Under the pieces are notes generated by a model. It worked only from the letters and a program-made list of their open reading frames with translations. It had not been told where the DNA came from and did no database searches. A DNA stretch of 64,000 bases from a virus, in IMG/VR virus record IMGVR_UViG_3300033064_003457, positions 11,066 to 75,065 of that record; one strand, given 5' to 3'. A program made the position numbers and the translations under genes. Within the stretch, counting starts at the first letter, position 1, and each line of letters begins with the position of its first letter. Positions 38,294 to 48,011 of this stretch are shown in pieces.

Positions 38294-39069
38294 TGTAACG
38301 CACTCCTATGAGAGCTCATACGTTTTTTAGACTCATTCATAAGAATATCACTACCAGTTTGTAGCCCAGGAACAGTCTTGTTGTTCTTGAACGGAGGCCC
38401 CTTATGTAGCATATCTATGTCAGAAGCAACGTATGTATTGGTTTGCTCAGCTATCATATCATCAACACTAAAAGTGCTTCCTTCATTTATTATCCTTATA
38501 CCGTATATCCCCATAGTTGATACATCGCCATATTCATTATTGCATGTTATTATTATGTTGAATGGTGGTATCTGATCTATCAATAGCGTGGATGGATCAT
38601 ACTCTGTAACATAGGAAGACTTTAATGCTTCCGATAAAACATATTGGTCTAATGTTGTCCATATCATACTACCAGCTATAGTCCTATCTCCGCGAGTATA
38701 GCCAGATACGTATGTATGCCCTAGTGATTTAACCGGCTGTACATCCCTGAACGTGCTATAACTAATTGTTTGTAGCGTCCCTAAAACACCTATGACCGGC
38801 TCTGTGGTAGAATGAGGACCAACAATGTCCTCTCCCCTTATTTCTTGTGGTGGTATATGGATATAAGCTACAATGTCAGCACCAGAGAATGAATTAAAAT
38901 AACCGTTATTGTTACTCCAATAGCTCTGTGTACCTTGTATGGCCCGAGTCCTAGCTACCCTTTCGTTCTCTGTCTGGTTGTTACCATACCCCTTGTCGCC
39001 TAATGGCCACCAGTATGGTGCATGAACCAAACTATTTATATCATTAGACCAGCTACTCAAGAATCCCAT
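38290..39069 (-). CDS. Tail tube-like paralogue 2
   Basis: SFSGADI, LQTISYS, RGDRTIAGS, DQIPPF, NEYG shared with 39118..39729. Confidence 0.7.
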   Translation of the reverse strand: MGFLSSWSNDINSLVHAPYWWPLGDKGYGNNQTENERVARTRAIQGTQSYWSNNNGYFNSFSGADIVAYIHIPPQEIRGEDIVGPHSTTEPVIGVLGTLQTISYSTFRDVQPVKSLGHTYVSGYTRGDRTIAGSMIWTTLDQYVLSEALKSSYVTEYDPSTLLIDQIPPFNIIITCNNEYGDVSTMGIYGIRIINEGSTFSVDDMIAEQTNTYVASDIDMLHKGPPFKNNKTVPGLQTGSDILMNESKKRMSSHRSALQ

Positions 39070-39084
39070 TTGTATCTCCTTGGA

Positions 39085-39106
39085 CCGGGGCCAATTAAGA
39101 CCCCGG
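39085..39106 (-). other. GC-rich intergenic hairpin after the main tube gene
   Basis: CCGGGGTC-TTAATT-GGCCCCGG; no U tract. Confidence 0.5.
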
Positions 39107-39117
39107 AATTGTGTCTA

Positions 39118-39729
39118 TTAAGCAGTACCGCCAGAACCAGCCCATGTCGAATTCGATGAAACATCAGAATAAGATGCAGTCCACGGTAATATTTCCCGCG
39201 CTACAAAGGTCATTTGCTGTTCGGTGACTATATCGTCTATAGATATTCCAGATCCTTCATTGAGTATTTCTACTCCACGCACTGACATTTGTGCTATCTG
39301 CCCATATTCATTAGCAGCAGTAAGCACTACATCAAACGGTGGTATCTGATCTGGATACCATGGGGGTTGCCAAGAATTGTCAGTATTCACATCTTGCCAT
39401 ACCTGGCTTCCCCTTTCTTCGTCAGAATTGTGTTTTTGAATATCTGTATCATGAGCAAAAAACCATCCTGACCTATCTTCCATATTTTTAAAAACTTCAA
39501 GCAAAGCATTTCTATCAAATACCGTAAAGATTAAAGTTCCCGCAATACCTCTCTTCCCTCTAGAAAAGGATCGAGGATCTGCAGAGCCCATTGTATAAAT
39601 CGGAGCCTTCTCTCTCGTTACGGAATATGAAACACCCTGCAATTCGCCGACAACCTTCCCACCGAATGTAGCCTTAATATCTACACCAGAGAAAGAATTA
39701 TAGCTTCTTGTATATTCGCTTACAGGCAT
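39118..39729 (-). CDS. Major tail tube protein
   Basis: Immediately after sheath; strong GGAGG SD; SFSGVDI, LQGVSYS, RGKRGIAGT, DQIPPF, NEYG. Confidence 0.75.
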   Translation of the reverse strand: MPVSEYTRSYNSFSGVDIKATFGGKVVGELQGVSYSVTREKAPIYTMGSADPRSFSRGKRGIAGTLIFTVFDRNALLEVFKNMEDRSGWFFAHDTDIQKHNSDEERGSQVWQDVNTDNSWQPPWYPDQIPPFDVVLTAANEYGQIAQMSVRGVEILNEGSGISIDDIVTEQQMTFVAREILPWTASYSDVSSNSTWAGSGGTA

Positions 39730-39754
39730 GTTATCTTCCCTCCTTTTCTAATTT

Positions 39755-41113
39755 TTATTCAGAAGTCAAAGCTACGATTATTCTAACTTCCTGTAGCTCA
39801 AATGCCGGAACTAATATCAACTCAACAGTAGCTTTACCAAGTACCTGATCTGTTGGTGACGACCATACATTAAAATTAAACCTTCTTAATGCTCCCTGTT
39901 CTTGCATAGTTTTTAGTGCGTTTTCTATCGCTGTAGCCATAGCATTTCTTTGTGGGGCGTTATTAGGCTCACCTATAAACTGGTCAGCCGTCTCCCTAAC
40001 ATAGTTAACCGCATCATGTACAATTCTAACTGTGCTCAAACGAACAAAGTCAGATCTATAATAGGCGCTTATGTTATATGCTCCTGTCATTGCGCTAGCA
40101 ATTACAATCCCTTTTGGTTTTGACATCAGAGTTACAAATCTACTACCAGCCAGTCTATTTGCTTGGCCTTGAGATATTCCTTGTTGTAATGTAACTCCAT
40201 AAACTATCTTGTTTGTTGGTGCGCTCTTAGCTGGTAACGATGATATCAAACCAGCGTATGAAGCAGCTCCATCAGCATTATAGTAACCTATAGTTGGATA
40301 TAAATCAGAAGCAGCATCATTAGCAGCCCTTACATTAGAGGCTACTACAGAAATGTATGCACCGATATCAACCCTATTACCCTTAGAATCAGTAACATCA
40401 CCACCTGCATAATTCGGTGGCTGTGTCTCATCAGTTCTAGCAACAAAACAATAATTACCTGGGGTGCCAGTAGCAGTTTCAGTGGTTCCATCATAGTAAC
40501 CACAATTACTGTAGTCCTCTAGGCTACTTACCCAGTCCTCAACTTCAGTTAATGTCGGTGTTCCAGATGCGCTAGTAGTAGCTCCATCAACTCCGATAAC
40601 ACCTAAGCATGTGTTGTTATTTACAGTCGCTTGATAGCAAAAATTTGCTAACTGATAACCAAAACTCCACTGAGTTCCTGGTCCACCATGATAGTCAGCT
40701 GTTATTGAATCATCTAAGTGGGCTATTAAAGGAACAACCATATCAACAGGATAATTAAGTAAGGTATCATAGGCTTCTCCAAGATATCCATATCTATCAT
40801 TGACTTCAAGCAATGAGCCAGAGCCAACTGGTAATATATTCATTAGTTCTATATCACGTCCGCCAGCTACATAGCACTCATATAATCCCTTACATAGTTC
40901 GCTGACGCTCCCATCGGAATTGAGGAATGTTTTATACGCATCCGTAAGCGAATTTTTAGAGATAGAATACGGGATATAAGGTTTAGCATCTTCATTTGTT
41001 GAGGTAGTCATACCCAACAGGAGGATTTTGGGACCAGAGGGAGGTCTACTAATACGTAGCCCCTGGTCTAGTACTTCTACCGTTGCGCCTGGTAGATTAG
41101 CAAAGGTTGGCAT
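39755..41113 (-). CDS. Contractile tail sheath protein
   Basis: N-terminal LPG; C-terminal LSTVRI...FIGEPN...LVPAFEL sheath signature. Confidence 0.9.
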   Translation of the reverse strand: MPTFANLPGATVEVLDQGLRISRPPSGPKILLLGMTTSTNEDAKPYIPYSISKNSLTDAYKTFLNSDGSVSELCKGLYECYVAGGRDIELMNILPVGSGSLLEVNDRYGYLGEAYDTLLNYPVDMVVPLIAHLDDSITADYHGGPGTQWSFGYQLANFCYQATVNNNTCLGVIGVDGATTSASGTPTLTEVEDWVSSLEDYSNCGYYDGTTETATGTPGNYCFVARTDETQPPNYAGGDVTDSKGNRVDIGAYISVVASNVRAANDAASDLYPTIGYYNADGAASYAGLISSLPAKSAPTNKIVYGVTLQQGISQGQANRLAGSRFVTLMSKPKGIVIASAMTGAYNISAYYRSDFVRLSTVRIVHDAVNYVRETADQFIGEPNNAPQRNAMATAIENALKTMQEQGALRRFNFNVWSSPTDQVLGKATVELILVPAFELQEVRIIVALTSE

Positions 41114-41137
41114 GTTAACTCCTCCTTTTATTTTTGT

Positions 41138-42085
41138 TTATACATAAGCTGTAAGACCATCATCTAATATTTCAGTTTTACCAGAAGGTGGCAACTCTGT
41201 GTACCCGACCCCAAGAAACCCAGAAGGTACAGCATTTGCCAGCTCTAGATATAAATCTATTTGTTTAAGATCGTGTTCTCTGATTATTGTTATCTTTTCA
41301 GTCTTAAAATAATAGATAACACTTCTAACTGCTAAATCATTTCTCCACTTTCTTACAGCCTCGTCTTCTCTTCTCATCCAATAAAGTATTTCATTTACTC
41401 CATTTTTTTTCCAAACCCAGATATATTTGAACATAAAATCTTCGAACCATGCTATAAGATCATCAGCCCTATTATTTGTTCTGGACCAACAATCGAATTG
41501 CAGAAGATTGTCAAACCATTGGCCTAACACCTGTATGTGACAATCTCTATAATCTGGGTCTACTAACTCTTGCCTAACTCTAGGTTTTATTTCTGATGGT
41601 GGATCAAATGGGTGCTTACCAATGGTTCCAGGCTCTCTCCTGTTAACTCTAAAGGTTATAGTGTCAACCCATTCTGAGGTAGGCTTATCTTTATATTCCT
41701 CTGAATAATCTGAAACAAAGTTAACCATTCTATTCTCAGACAACTCTAATCTATTGAGCCTAGATGGTGCAGTTGTTCCAGATATTTTTATTAAATTAGT
41801 ACTTTCGTCTATTATGTCTGTTATGATATAGTATTCACCAGTACTTAGATTTTTGATAGAATCATTAACGCTTAAGTACCTGGCGTTAGGCATAGCTATT
41901 ATCCATTCTGACCTGTCAGATACAATCCATTTTCCCTGAAAATCTATTAAGCTTTGATATATATAGGTTGTAATATCATTCAGGGTCGCTTTTCTATCAG
42001 CCTGGCGGATATCTGCCCTTGTAAGATTAGTCAGAAAATAATAGTCATCGGTGTAAGATTCAAGCCTGCTACCATAATCAGACAC
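41138..42085 (-). CDS. Tail completion/terminator-like protein
   Basis: Directly before sheath; QFDCWS...ADDL pattern. Confidence 0.55.
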   Translation of the reverse strand: MSDYGSRLESYTDDYYFLTNLTRADIRQADRKATLNDITTYIYQSLIDFQGKWIVSDRSEWIIAMPNARYLSVNDSIKNLSTGEYYIITDIIDESTNLIKISGTTAPSRLNRLELSENRMVNFVSDYSEEYKDKPTSEWVDTITFRVNRREPGTIGKHPFDPPSEIKPRVRQELVDPDYRDCHIQVLGQWFDNLLQFDCWSRTNNRADDLIAWFEDFMFKYIWVWKKNGVNEILYWMRREDEAVRKWRNDLAVRSVIYYFKTEKITIIREHDLKQIDLYLELANAVPSGFLGVGYTELPPSGKTEILDDGLTAYV

Positions 42086-42681
42086 TATAATACCTCCATC
42101 TTAACAGCAACTCTCCAGTACTCTATTCTTCCCTTTTTGTCTCTGAGGGGCTCCGCAACTGATACGTTATGCATTTCTTGGTGTTCGTATGGTCTCACTG
42201 GATTGCCGTCAGCATCATTAGTTATTTCTATTATCTTGTCTTCTTTTTTTGGATTAACATAATATTCGAAATAATACACTATGGCTAAAACACTCATAAT
42301 ACCTACTGGAGTTTTTTCTTTCTCTTCAGCCAGCCCTATGGCCGGTGCAACCATCCTTCTTCTTACTAAATATAGTTCATCTTCATACACCCATCCAGAA
42401 CCACCACAGATAGTACAGTTCTCGTCAGGCTCATCGTACTTTCTAAAGTCATCACTATATTTTTTATTTCCAGAACCACGCTTATTCCAACAAGAACACC
42501 TTTGAGCTTTGTCCATTCTCCTTAATAACACCCAGTGACCTCTCTGTGGACTGTTTGCATCTCCAGCTAAAAATGTATTCATTTCAGAGCGTATATCTAC
42601 TTCTGTCTCTCCGGCTATAGTATCGTATAGTGGTACCCCATTAGGTACAATACCACGCTTAGGCCAAATTTTTATGCTCAT
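42085..42681 (-). CDS. Neck/head-closure protein with Cys4 zinc-binding motif
   Basis: CSC...CTICGGSGW; between capsid and sheath. Confidence 0.6.
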   Translation of the reverse strand: MSIKIWPKRGIVPNGVPLYDTIAGETEVDIRSEMNTFLAGDANSPQRGHWVLLRRMDKAQRCSCWNKRGSGNKKYSDDFRKYDEPDENCTICGGSGWVYEDELYLVRRRMVAPAIGLAEEKEKTPVGIMSVLAIVYYFEYYVNPKKEDKIIEITNDADGNPVRPYEHQEMHNVSVAEPLRDKKGRIEYWRVAVKMEVL

Positions 42682-42683
42682 AA

Positions 42684-44060
42684 TTAGCTCCAGTCAGAAT
42701 ATACTCCAGGAGATTTAAGGATTCTTTCTGTCCTTTTATTTGCCCCGAGCCTGCCATCTTCAGGAACACTCCATGTTCTAACGCCTCTCATTGGAGGTGT
42801 TGCTGGATTGGCTACGCCCTTAATAACCATCTTTGCTCTAGCCCTTCTGTATTTGCCTAACAATTGTTTTAGCCAAGCATTGCTACACTCTAAAGCCTTA
42901 GCTATAGAACTCTTTACGCCATCCTGAACCTCAGTCCCTTCCTGGATTGAGAAATCTCCCAATCTTTTCATTTCTCCGGCACCCGATGAGGCCATGTCTA
43001 ATAATCTGGCGTGTAAAAGATCGTATTGAGTTTTGCAAAATACCCACATTTTTGCTGCAAACGTTGGAGAACTTAGCGCCCATTGAGACTGATCATACAT
43101 AACATTTGCTATATTATATGCCTCTAGGGAGTTAAGGTATATCGTCCTATTAATAACATCGTCGTTAACATCACGGATAAATGGTCCTATTGCTGTTCTT
43201 ATTTTTTTTACTGTGCTATACAAAGGATAGTAACAAGTAGTAAACATAAACTCATAGTCATCACTAAGTAAGTTGCCCTGATAATCTTTTACATCCTCAG
43301 AAACAGTTACTGTTACTTCGTTGTTCACTCTCCATGTCGTATGATTGTCTTGATACGTAGATGGAGTCCATGTAATGGTATCACCAGTTACGTTGGCAAC
43401 AGTTCCGCTAGGAGTTGCTGTTGTGGTTGATGGGTCTCCGTCTACAGCCTCAACAGACAATGCTATCCAGTCTTGCTCTACAGCAGTACCACTAGCTAAT
43501 AGTCTATTGAATTTTACACTGACGCTATCGCCCCATGTAACAGTTGTGTGATCGCTGCTCTCTGTACCTAGATTTGTACCATAGTTTCCTGGTGTAGTTT
43601 TTGTAATAGCAAAAGATGTTTGAGATCTTGGCTCTAAAACCTTGGCTACTGGAGAACTGGCCACAGGTGTGTCTGGTTGCGTTTCTGGAATCGTGTCTTC
43701 TGGTGCCTCGTACAACTCTGTACCAGTAGTAAAATACCAAGTAGCAGTTGTAACTAAGCTCTCTGATGATGCGTTCTTTACACATGTACTAGATTGATCT
43801 GCACCTACCACTACAACATTATAGGTAGTGTTTTCATCGAATATACTATCAGGGGTTATAGTAGCAGTATAGGTAGAACTACTGTACCCTATCGTTTTAT
43901 CAATAAGCTCATAGTCTGAAGACCTGTAGACCAATATAGTGTTATCTGTCAGCGTGCTAGAGTCAACGTTTTGATCAAACACTAGATATATAAGCTGATT
44001 TAAGTATATATTAGTAGCGTTTATTGCTGGTATTCTACTACTTAATTGTGGTGCAGCCAT
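42684..44060 (-). CDS. Ig-like (SbsA/Big_5-type) domain protein with probable head-tail connector C-terminus
   Basis: Two P..NA.N...I...F...VD..T-like repeats ending WYFTT/FMFTT; KRLGDFSI connector-like motif. Confidence 0.65.
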   Translation of the reverse strand: MAAPQLSSRIPAINATNIYLNQLIYLVFDQNVDSSTLTDNTILVYRSSDYELIDKTIGYSSSTYTATITPDSIFDENTTYNVVVVGADQSSTCVKNASSESLVTTATWYFTTGTELYEAPEDTIPETQPDTPVASSPVAKVLEPRSQTSFAITKTTPGNYGTNLGTESSDHTTVTWGDSVSVKFNRLLASGTAVEQDWIALSVEAVDGDPSTTTATPSGTVANVTGDTITWTPSTYQDNHTTWRVNNEVTVTVSEDVKDYQGNLLSDDYEFMFTTCYYPLYSTVKKIRTAIGPFIRDVNDDVINRTIYLNSLEAYNIANVMYDQSQWALSSPTFAAKMWVFCKTQYDLLHARLLDMASSGAGEMKRLGDFSIQEGTEVQDGVKSSIAKALECSNAWLKQLLGKYRRARAKMVIKGVANPATPPMRGVRTWSVPEDGRLGANKRTERILKSPGVYSDWS

Positions 44061-44072
44061 GTTTATCCTTTT

Positions 44073-44570
44073 TTATTCTGTTCCCTTAGTCAAACTAATC
44101 TCTATTTTTTCTTGACCTTCTTCTACTACGTTAGAAACACCAGCCAGTTTGTCTAAATATCTTTCGAATAATTTTATTACGCTAGACCTAGGCTCTGATC
44201 CTTTATTCTTTCCTTTCTTTTCTTCCTCTAATAGAGACTCTAGTTTTTTAAGCTTTTCGCTATTCTTAAGCTTCTTGCTATCCATCAAGCTATCTATGTA
44301 GATCATTATATTTTTTCTTCCATTATCTAATACAGAACTATCATCCTTATCTACTGTGGTTACTTCTTTTTTATCTTCAGGCCAACCTACAGATAGGTCA
44401 CCCATGCGAATTGATACGTTGATTCTCGCTAGTATGTCATCGCTTATATCCTCAGGTATTATTGCTGTTTCTTTTCCCGGTTTTAAATTAATTCCCTTGT
44501 CACCTTGGAAGAAGAATAATCTTCTCTTCTTATTTAAACTTACCCTACTGCCTTTCTTAGCAACACTCAT
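44073..44570 (-). CDS. Hypothetical protein after capsid gene
   Basis: ATG 44570 with GGAGG SD; the ORF-track start runs through the post-capsid hairpin. Confidence 0.7.
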   Translation of the reverse strand: MSVAKKGSRVSLNKKRRLFFFQGDKGINLKPGKETAIIPEDISDDILARINVSIRMGDLSVGWPEDKKEVTTVDKDDSSVLDNGRKNIMIYIDSLMDSKKLKNSEKLKKLESLLEEEKKGKNKGSEPRSSVIKLFERYLDKLAGVSNVVEEGQEKIEISLTKGTE

Positions 44571-44598
44571 ATAAAAATCCTCCGATATATTACAAATC

Positions 44599-44637
44599 CA
44601 GTGACTAGGGGAGGAATTACCCTCCCCAAGATCACTG
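44599..44637 (-). terminator. Strong hairpin after capsid stop (terminator/mRNA stabiliser)
   Basis: CAGTGATCTTGGGGAGG-GTAATT-CCTCCCCTAGTCACTG; weak U tract. Confidence 0.6.
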
Positions 44638-44646
44638 AAAAACAAT

Positions 44647-47161
44647 TTATGTAGTAGTTACACCTGTCTGATCTATGGTAGGTAACGCGCCAGAACCAGC
44701 CTGCCAATTAAGCATATCTTCAATAGCGTATGCTTTAGCAATGCTTGTGTTCTTAGCAACGGCAACTGCGTTGCCTTCGTTAAGAATACCTAAACCGTAT
44801 CTTTCTCTAAACTTGATAGATCTAATATCTCTATTCGGGTCATCCCATTCTTCATTAGTTACATCTTCGTCAACAACAAGGATACCAAGTTCATTGGTAT
44901 CGCACATAATTATATCAGTTGTTGCCGCAGTTGCACCAGAACCAGCTGTATAAGAACAGAACGGACTTACTATGATCCGTAATGGTGCTGGGAAAAGATT
45001 AGGTACATTAGAGAAGGTTGAAGACATTGAAGTGGCTTGCGCCGTAGGTCCAACGTTAACTCCACCAGTATACCAGCTTTTCGCCAAACCAGCTTGCCCC
45101 TGTAGAGGGGAGAAGATCGGTCCACCGTTAGCAAAACCAAAAGCTCTTAAAATAGGATCACGTGCAAAAGTTAACCAGCCAAGAGGGCTCATTAAAAGAG
45201 CATTAGGCACAAAACCCTGTCTTACTATATTAGCATACATAACTAACAAATCATCTAAAGTGATTGTAGCATTTCCATTACCTGCAGAATCACGTCCTGA
45301 TGTTTGTAGGTTGTTAACATTATAATCAAAAGTAGTAGCACCTTCATTAGTGATCATGTTAAAAATCTTTGTTTCTTTATGCCGCGCCAGTGCTCTACCC
45401 GCAGCTTTAATATGCCTTAAGTGTTACCCATAATTATGGGGTCTAAACATTTCTGCTAGACTCTTGTGCTCTCACACAAGAACGGACTATATCATCATGC
45501 CCTTTAGCATGCCAGTCGCTGTTTTTATCGATTTTATATTTCATAGAAGGAATTATATATTTAGATATTTGAGGAGATAATTTATCAAATTCTGTTCCGT
45601 TAGTCCTCAATCTGTACTTATCTCTTGTTTTGCTTACTTTAAAATTTACTCCCAAAATATTCTTTAAGTGTTTGGCTAGAATGAGTTGATCTTCTATAGG
45701 ATAGCAATCGGTACACAATGTAGCATCCCATCCAGCGCTTCTATACTTACCTATTCTATCGTGGTTACATCTATCTTTTTTCGTACATTTTTTAAAATGA
45801 TGAAAAAGATTGCCATCATCCATCCACATTATGGCAAAACTTTGAGGGGTTATATAATTTAGTATATCTTTTGTTATTCTTTTATTGTTATTTATATATA
45901 TTCTATTATATATATCCCTATACCAAGGATGCGCTCTACTTGTAGACGTAATCATTATTCTATCATCACAATAAGTTCCGATAGGTGAGTATTTATGCAC
46001 TCTCATTTTTGTTACATCACTTAATAAATTTGTTTTCCAGGTTAGGTATTCTTCCTGTTTTCCGGAGTGGCACATAGAATAGTGCACGCTATTGCCTCTC
46101 TTGCATAAATAACCATCCCCAAGAATCATTCCAACTATGATATCTTTTGTTTCTTTCTTGCTTGTTTTCAACATGGAATTTCTCCCAATAATTAGTTATC
46201 GATAAATTTAGTCTCTACGGGTTCCCTTATTGGGCTTCCCACGGTATTGCCCTCGACTTTACGTTAGGGGTTTCACCGTTTTCAACTGGTTTATTGAGCA
46301 CACAAGAAATTCTCTCTATGCTCATTACATCGTATTGACTATATCGTAACATCTCATCAGTAATTCTTACCTTGACACCAGATTTCCCGATGAATGCTGT
46401 ACAATTTTGTTGCTACACGCGACCTGTTATATCTTCACCACAACAAGGACATATTAATTTGTGACCAGGAAGATGCTTTGAAACTGTTGTAAGTTCCAAT
46501 TTTGTGTGGCTCGATCATTTCTGCCGAGCTCTGCATGTTTCCATGCAGTTCAGACTATCGCTTCGCACATAAGTGCGTCCCATTGCTTAGTCGTTGCAGC
46601 TGCACAGATCTCTGAGATCTTGCTTGCTGTGGATTGCCATAGCTTTCGCCTTAGGGTTCCCCAATTAATCAAACGGGATTTAAACACGGCTACTTTGTTA
46701 ACCGTACCAGCTACTTCGAGTTTTCTTTCCGGATATTCTCCGCCTTCTGGAATATCTTCAGCTGTAAAAGCACCAGCTGCTGGGAAAGTAATCTGTTGCC
46801 CGGCAGAAAATCTGATAGTATGTAACAAACTAGTACCAACTAACAAGGGTTCCATGGCTTCCTTAACTACATTGGAAACAACTCTTCCAATGAGTATTGA
46901 AGCATCTGGGGTAGAAAGAGCATCAACTAAATCTTTATAACCAATTTTCTGATCTCTCTTAGAGGTATCATACTGGTCATTCTGATTTTCGTAACCATTG
47001 TTACGCCAAATTTTCCATGTATTGTCATACTTGTCTTGCAATTTACCATCGGAAAATTCAGAACTCTTACCTTCTACGCCTGCAGATTTCAATTGCTTGG
47101 TCACCTTGGCAGTTATTGTATCTACTAATTCTTCATTCACTACCAACTTGTCGTCTGCCAT
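44647..47161 (-). CDS. Major capsid protein, three exons: 47161-46701, 46401-46318, 45415-44647 (437 aa spliced)
   Basis: Spliced frame is continuous (...EVAGTV|TAFIGKSGVKVRITDEMLRYSQYDVMSM|HIKAAGRALARHKE...). HK97-fold-like IPEGGEYP and KFRERYG; follows protease and decoration genes; GGAGG SD. Confidence 0.9.
45416..46317 (-). mobile_element. Group I intron 2 in capsid gene (902 nt) carrying a LAGLIDADG gene
   Basis: 5' exon ends in U; P1 GAGCAU/GUGCUC; P AAAACGGTGAAA, Q AATACCGTGG, R GTAGAGACTA, S TGATATAGTCC; terminal G at 45416. Confidence 0.9.
45443..46174 (-). CDS. Intron-encoded LAGLIDADG homing endonuclease
   Basis: IVGMILGDGYL and FAIMWMDDG motifs; IPSMKYK C-terminal motif. Confidence 0.9.
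   Translation of the reverse strand: MLKTSKKETKDIIVGMILGDGYLCKRGNSVHYSMCHSGKQEEYLTWKTNLLSDVTKMRVHKYSPIGTYCDDRIMITSTSRAHPWYRDIYNRIYINNNKRITKDILNYITPQSFAIMWMDDGNLFHHFKKCTKKDRCNHDRIGKYRSAGWDATLCTDCYPIEDQLILAKHLKNILGVNFKVSKTRDKYRLRTNGTEFDKLSPQISKYIIPSMKYKIDKNSDWHAKGHDDIVRSCVRAQESSRNV
46402..46700 (-). mobile_element. Group I intron 1 in capsid gene (299 nt, no intact ORF)
   Basis: P1 ACGGU/GCCGU; P TAATTGGGGAAC, Q AATCCACAGC, R GCAACGACTA, S AGCGATAGTCT; P3 TCCCGTT/AATGGGA; terminal G at 46402. Confidence 0.9.
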
Positions 47162-47200
47162 AACTATATTTCCTCCTTTATTTTTATATTTTAACCTCAA

Positions 47201-47983
47201 CTAGGCTACCATTAACTGAATTAACATCTTTTCGCTATAAGCTGTGCTATTATCGTAGTCATATAAATGCTGAGGTATACCACCAGTATCAGAGCCAGAA
47301 AGACCAAGCCCAGGTACTGTTTGAACTTTATCTAAATTATCAACTGCAGCAACTGTAGATCTCTGAATACATCTACCAACAATCTGTGTTACATCGTCAG
47401 TGTTATCTCTCCAGATTATATATCCACCATTGATATCTGCCTGTACTAAATCTCCAGGATTAATAGTACCAGAAGCATCGCATCCAGACTTTATAGGAAC
47501 TTCAATTAGGTAATCACAAAGAACTGCTACCTTATCCTGTACTTGATAGTTGTTATACTTAGTTAACCCAGTTGGGCTTGCGCTATCAAACCCTTGATTA
47601 AGATTCTGATAATAATCATAAGGTGCTACACCTACTGGTTTATTGCCTGGGGCATAAGCCGTGGTTGTTTTTGCCGCAGAAACGTATGTGTCATGTCCAC
47701 CATCATCATAATCGATAGTAAGCCCTACATCACTAGCAACGTAAGTGTACTGGTGAGAAGCTCCACCGTTTGCCCACACAAGATCTCCACTGGCGTCTAT
47801 AGCTACTACAATACCAGCCTTAATAACAACCCAGTCGTTCAAGTATTGATCCTGTACTGATACAGGAAGATACTGAGCTGGTTTTGCTTCAAATGCTGGC
47901 CTTTCTCCTTGAGATATTTCCATGAATTCTCGTACTAAGTTACTATTGCGTTCATATCCTCTTGGGACCCTATTGTCAGCCAT
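47201..47983 (-). CDS. Capsid decoration/cement-like protein
   Basis: Between protease and capsid genes; KPVGVA...PGDLV...QIVG pattern; strong SD. Confidence 0.65.
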   Translation of the reverse strand: MADNRVPRGYERNSNLVREFMEISQGERPAFEAKPAQYLPVSVQDQYLNDWVVIKAGIVVAIDASGDLVWANGGASHQYTYVASDVGLTIDYDDGGHDTYVSAAKTTTAYAPGNKPVGVAPYDYYQNLNQGFDSASPTGLTKYNNYQVQDKVAVLCDYLIEVPIKSGCDASGTINPGDLVQADINGGYIIWRDNTDDVTQIVGRCIQRSTVAAVDNLDKVQTVPGLGLSGSDTGGIPQHLYDYDNSTAYSEKMLIQLMVA

Positions 47984-48011
47984 TATTTACTTCCTCCTTT
48001 TTCCTCGTTTA

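Noticed and set aside
46550-47200. 216-aa ORF treated as a stand-alone gene (and 44647..45357 as another)
   Set aside because: These are capsid exon 1 reading into intron 1, and part of exon 3.
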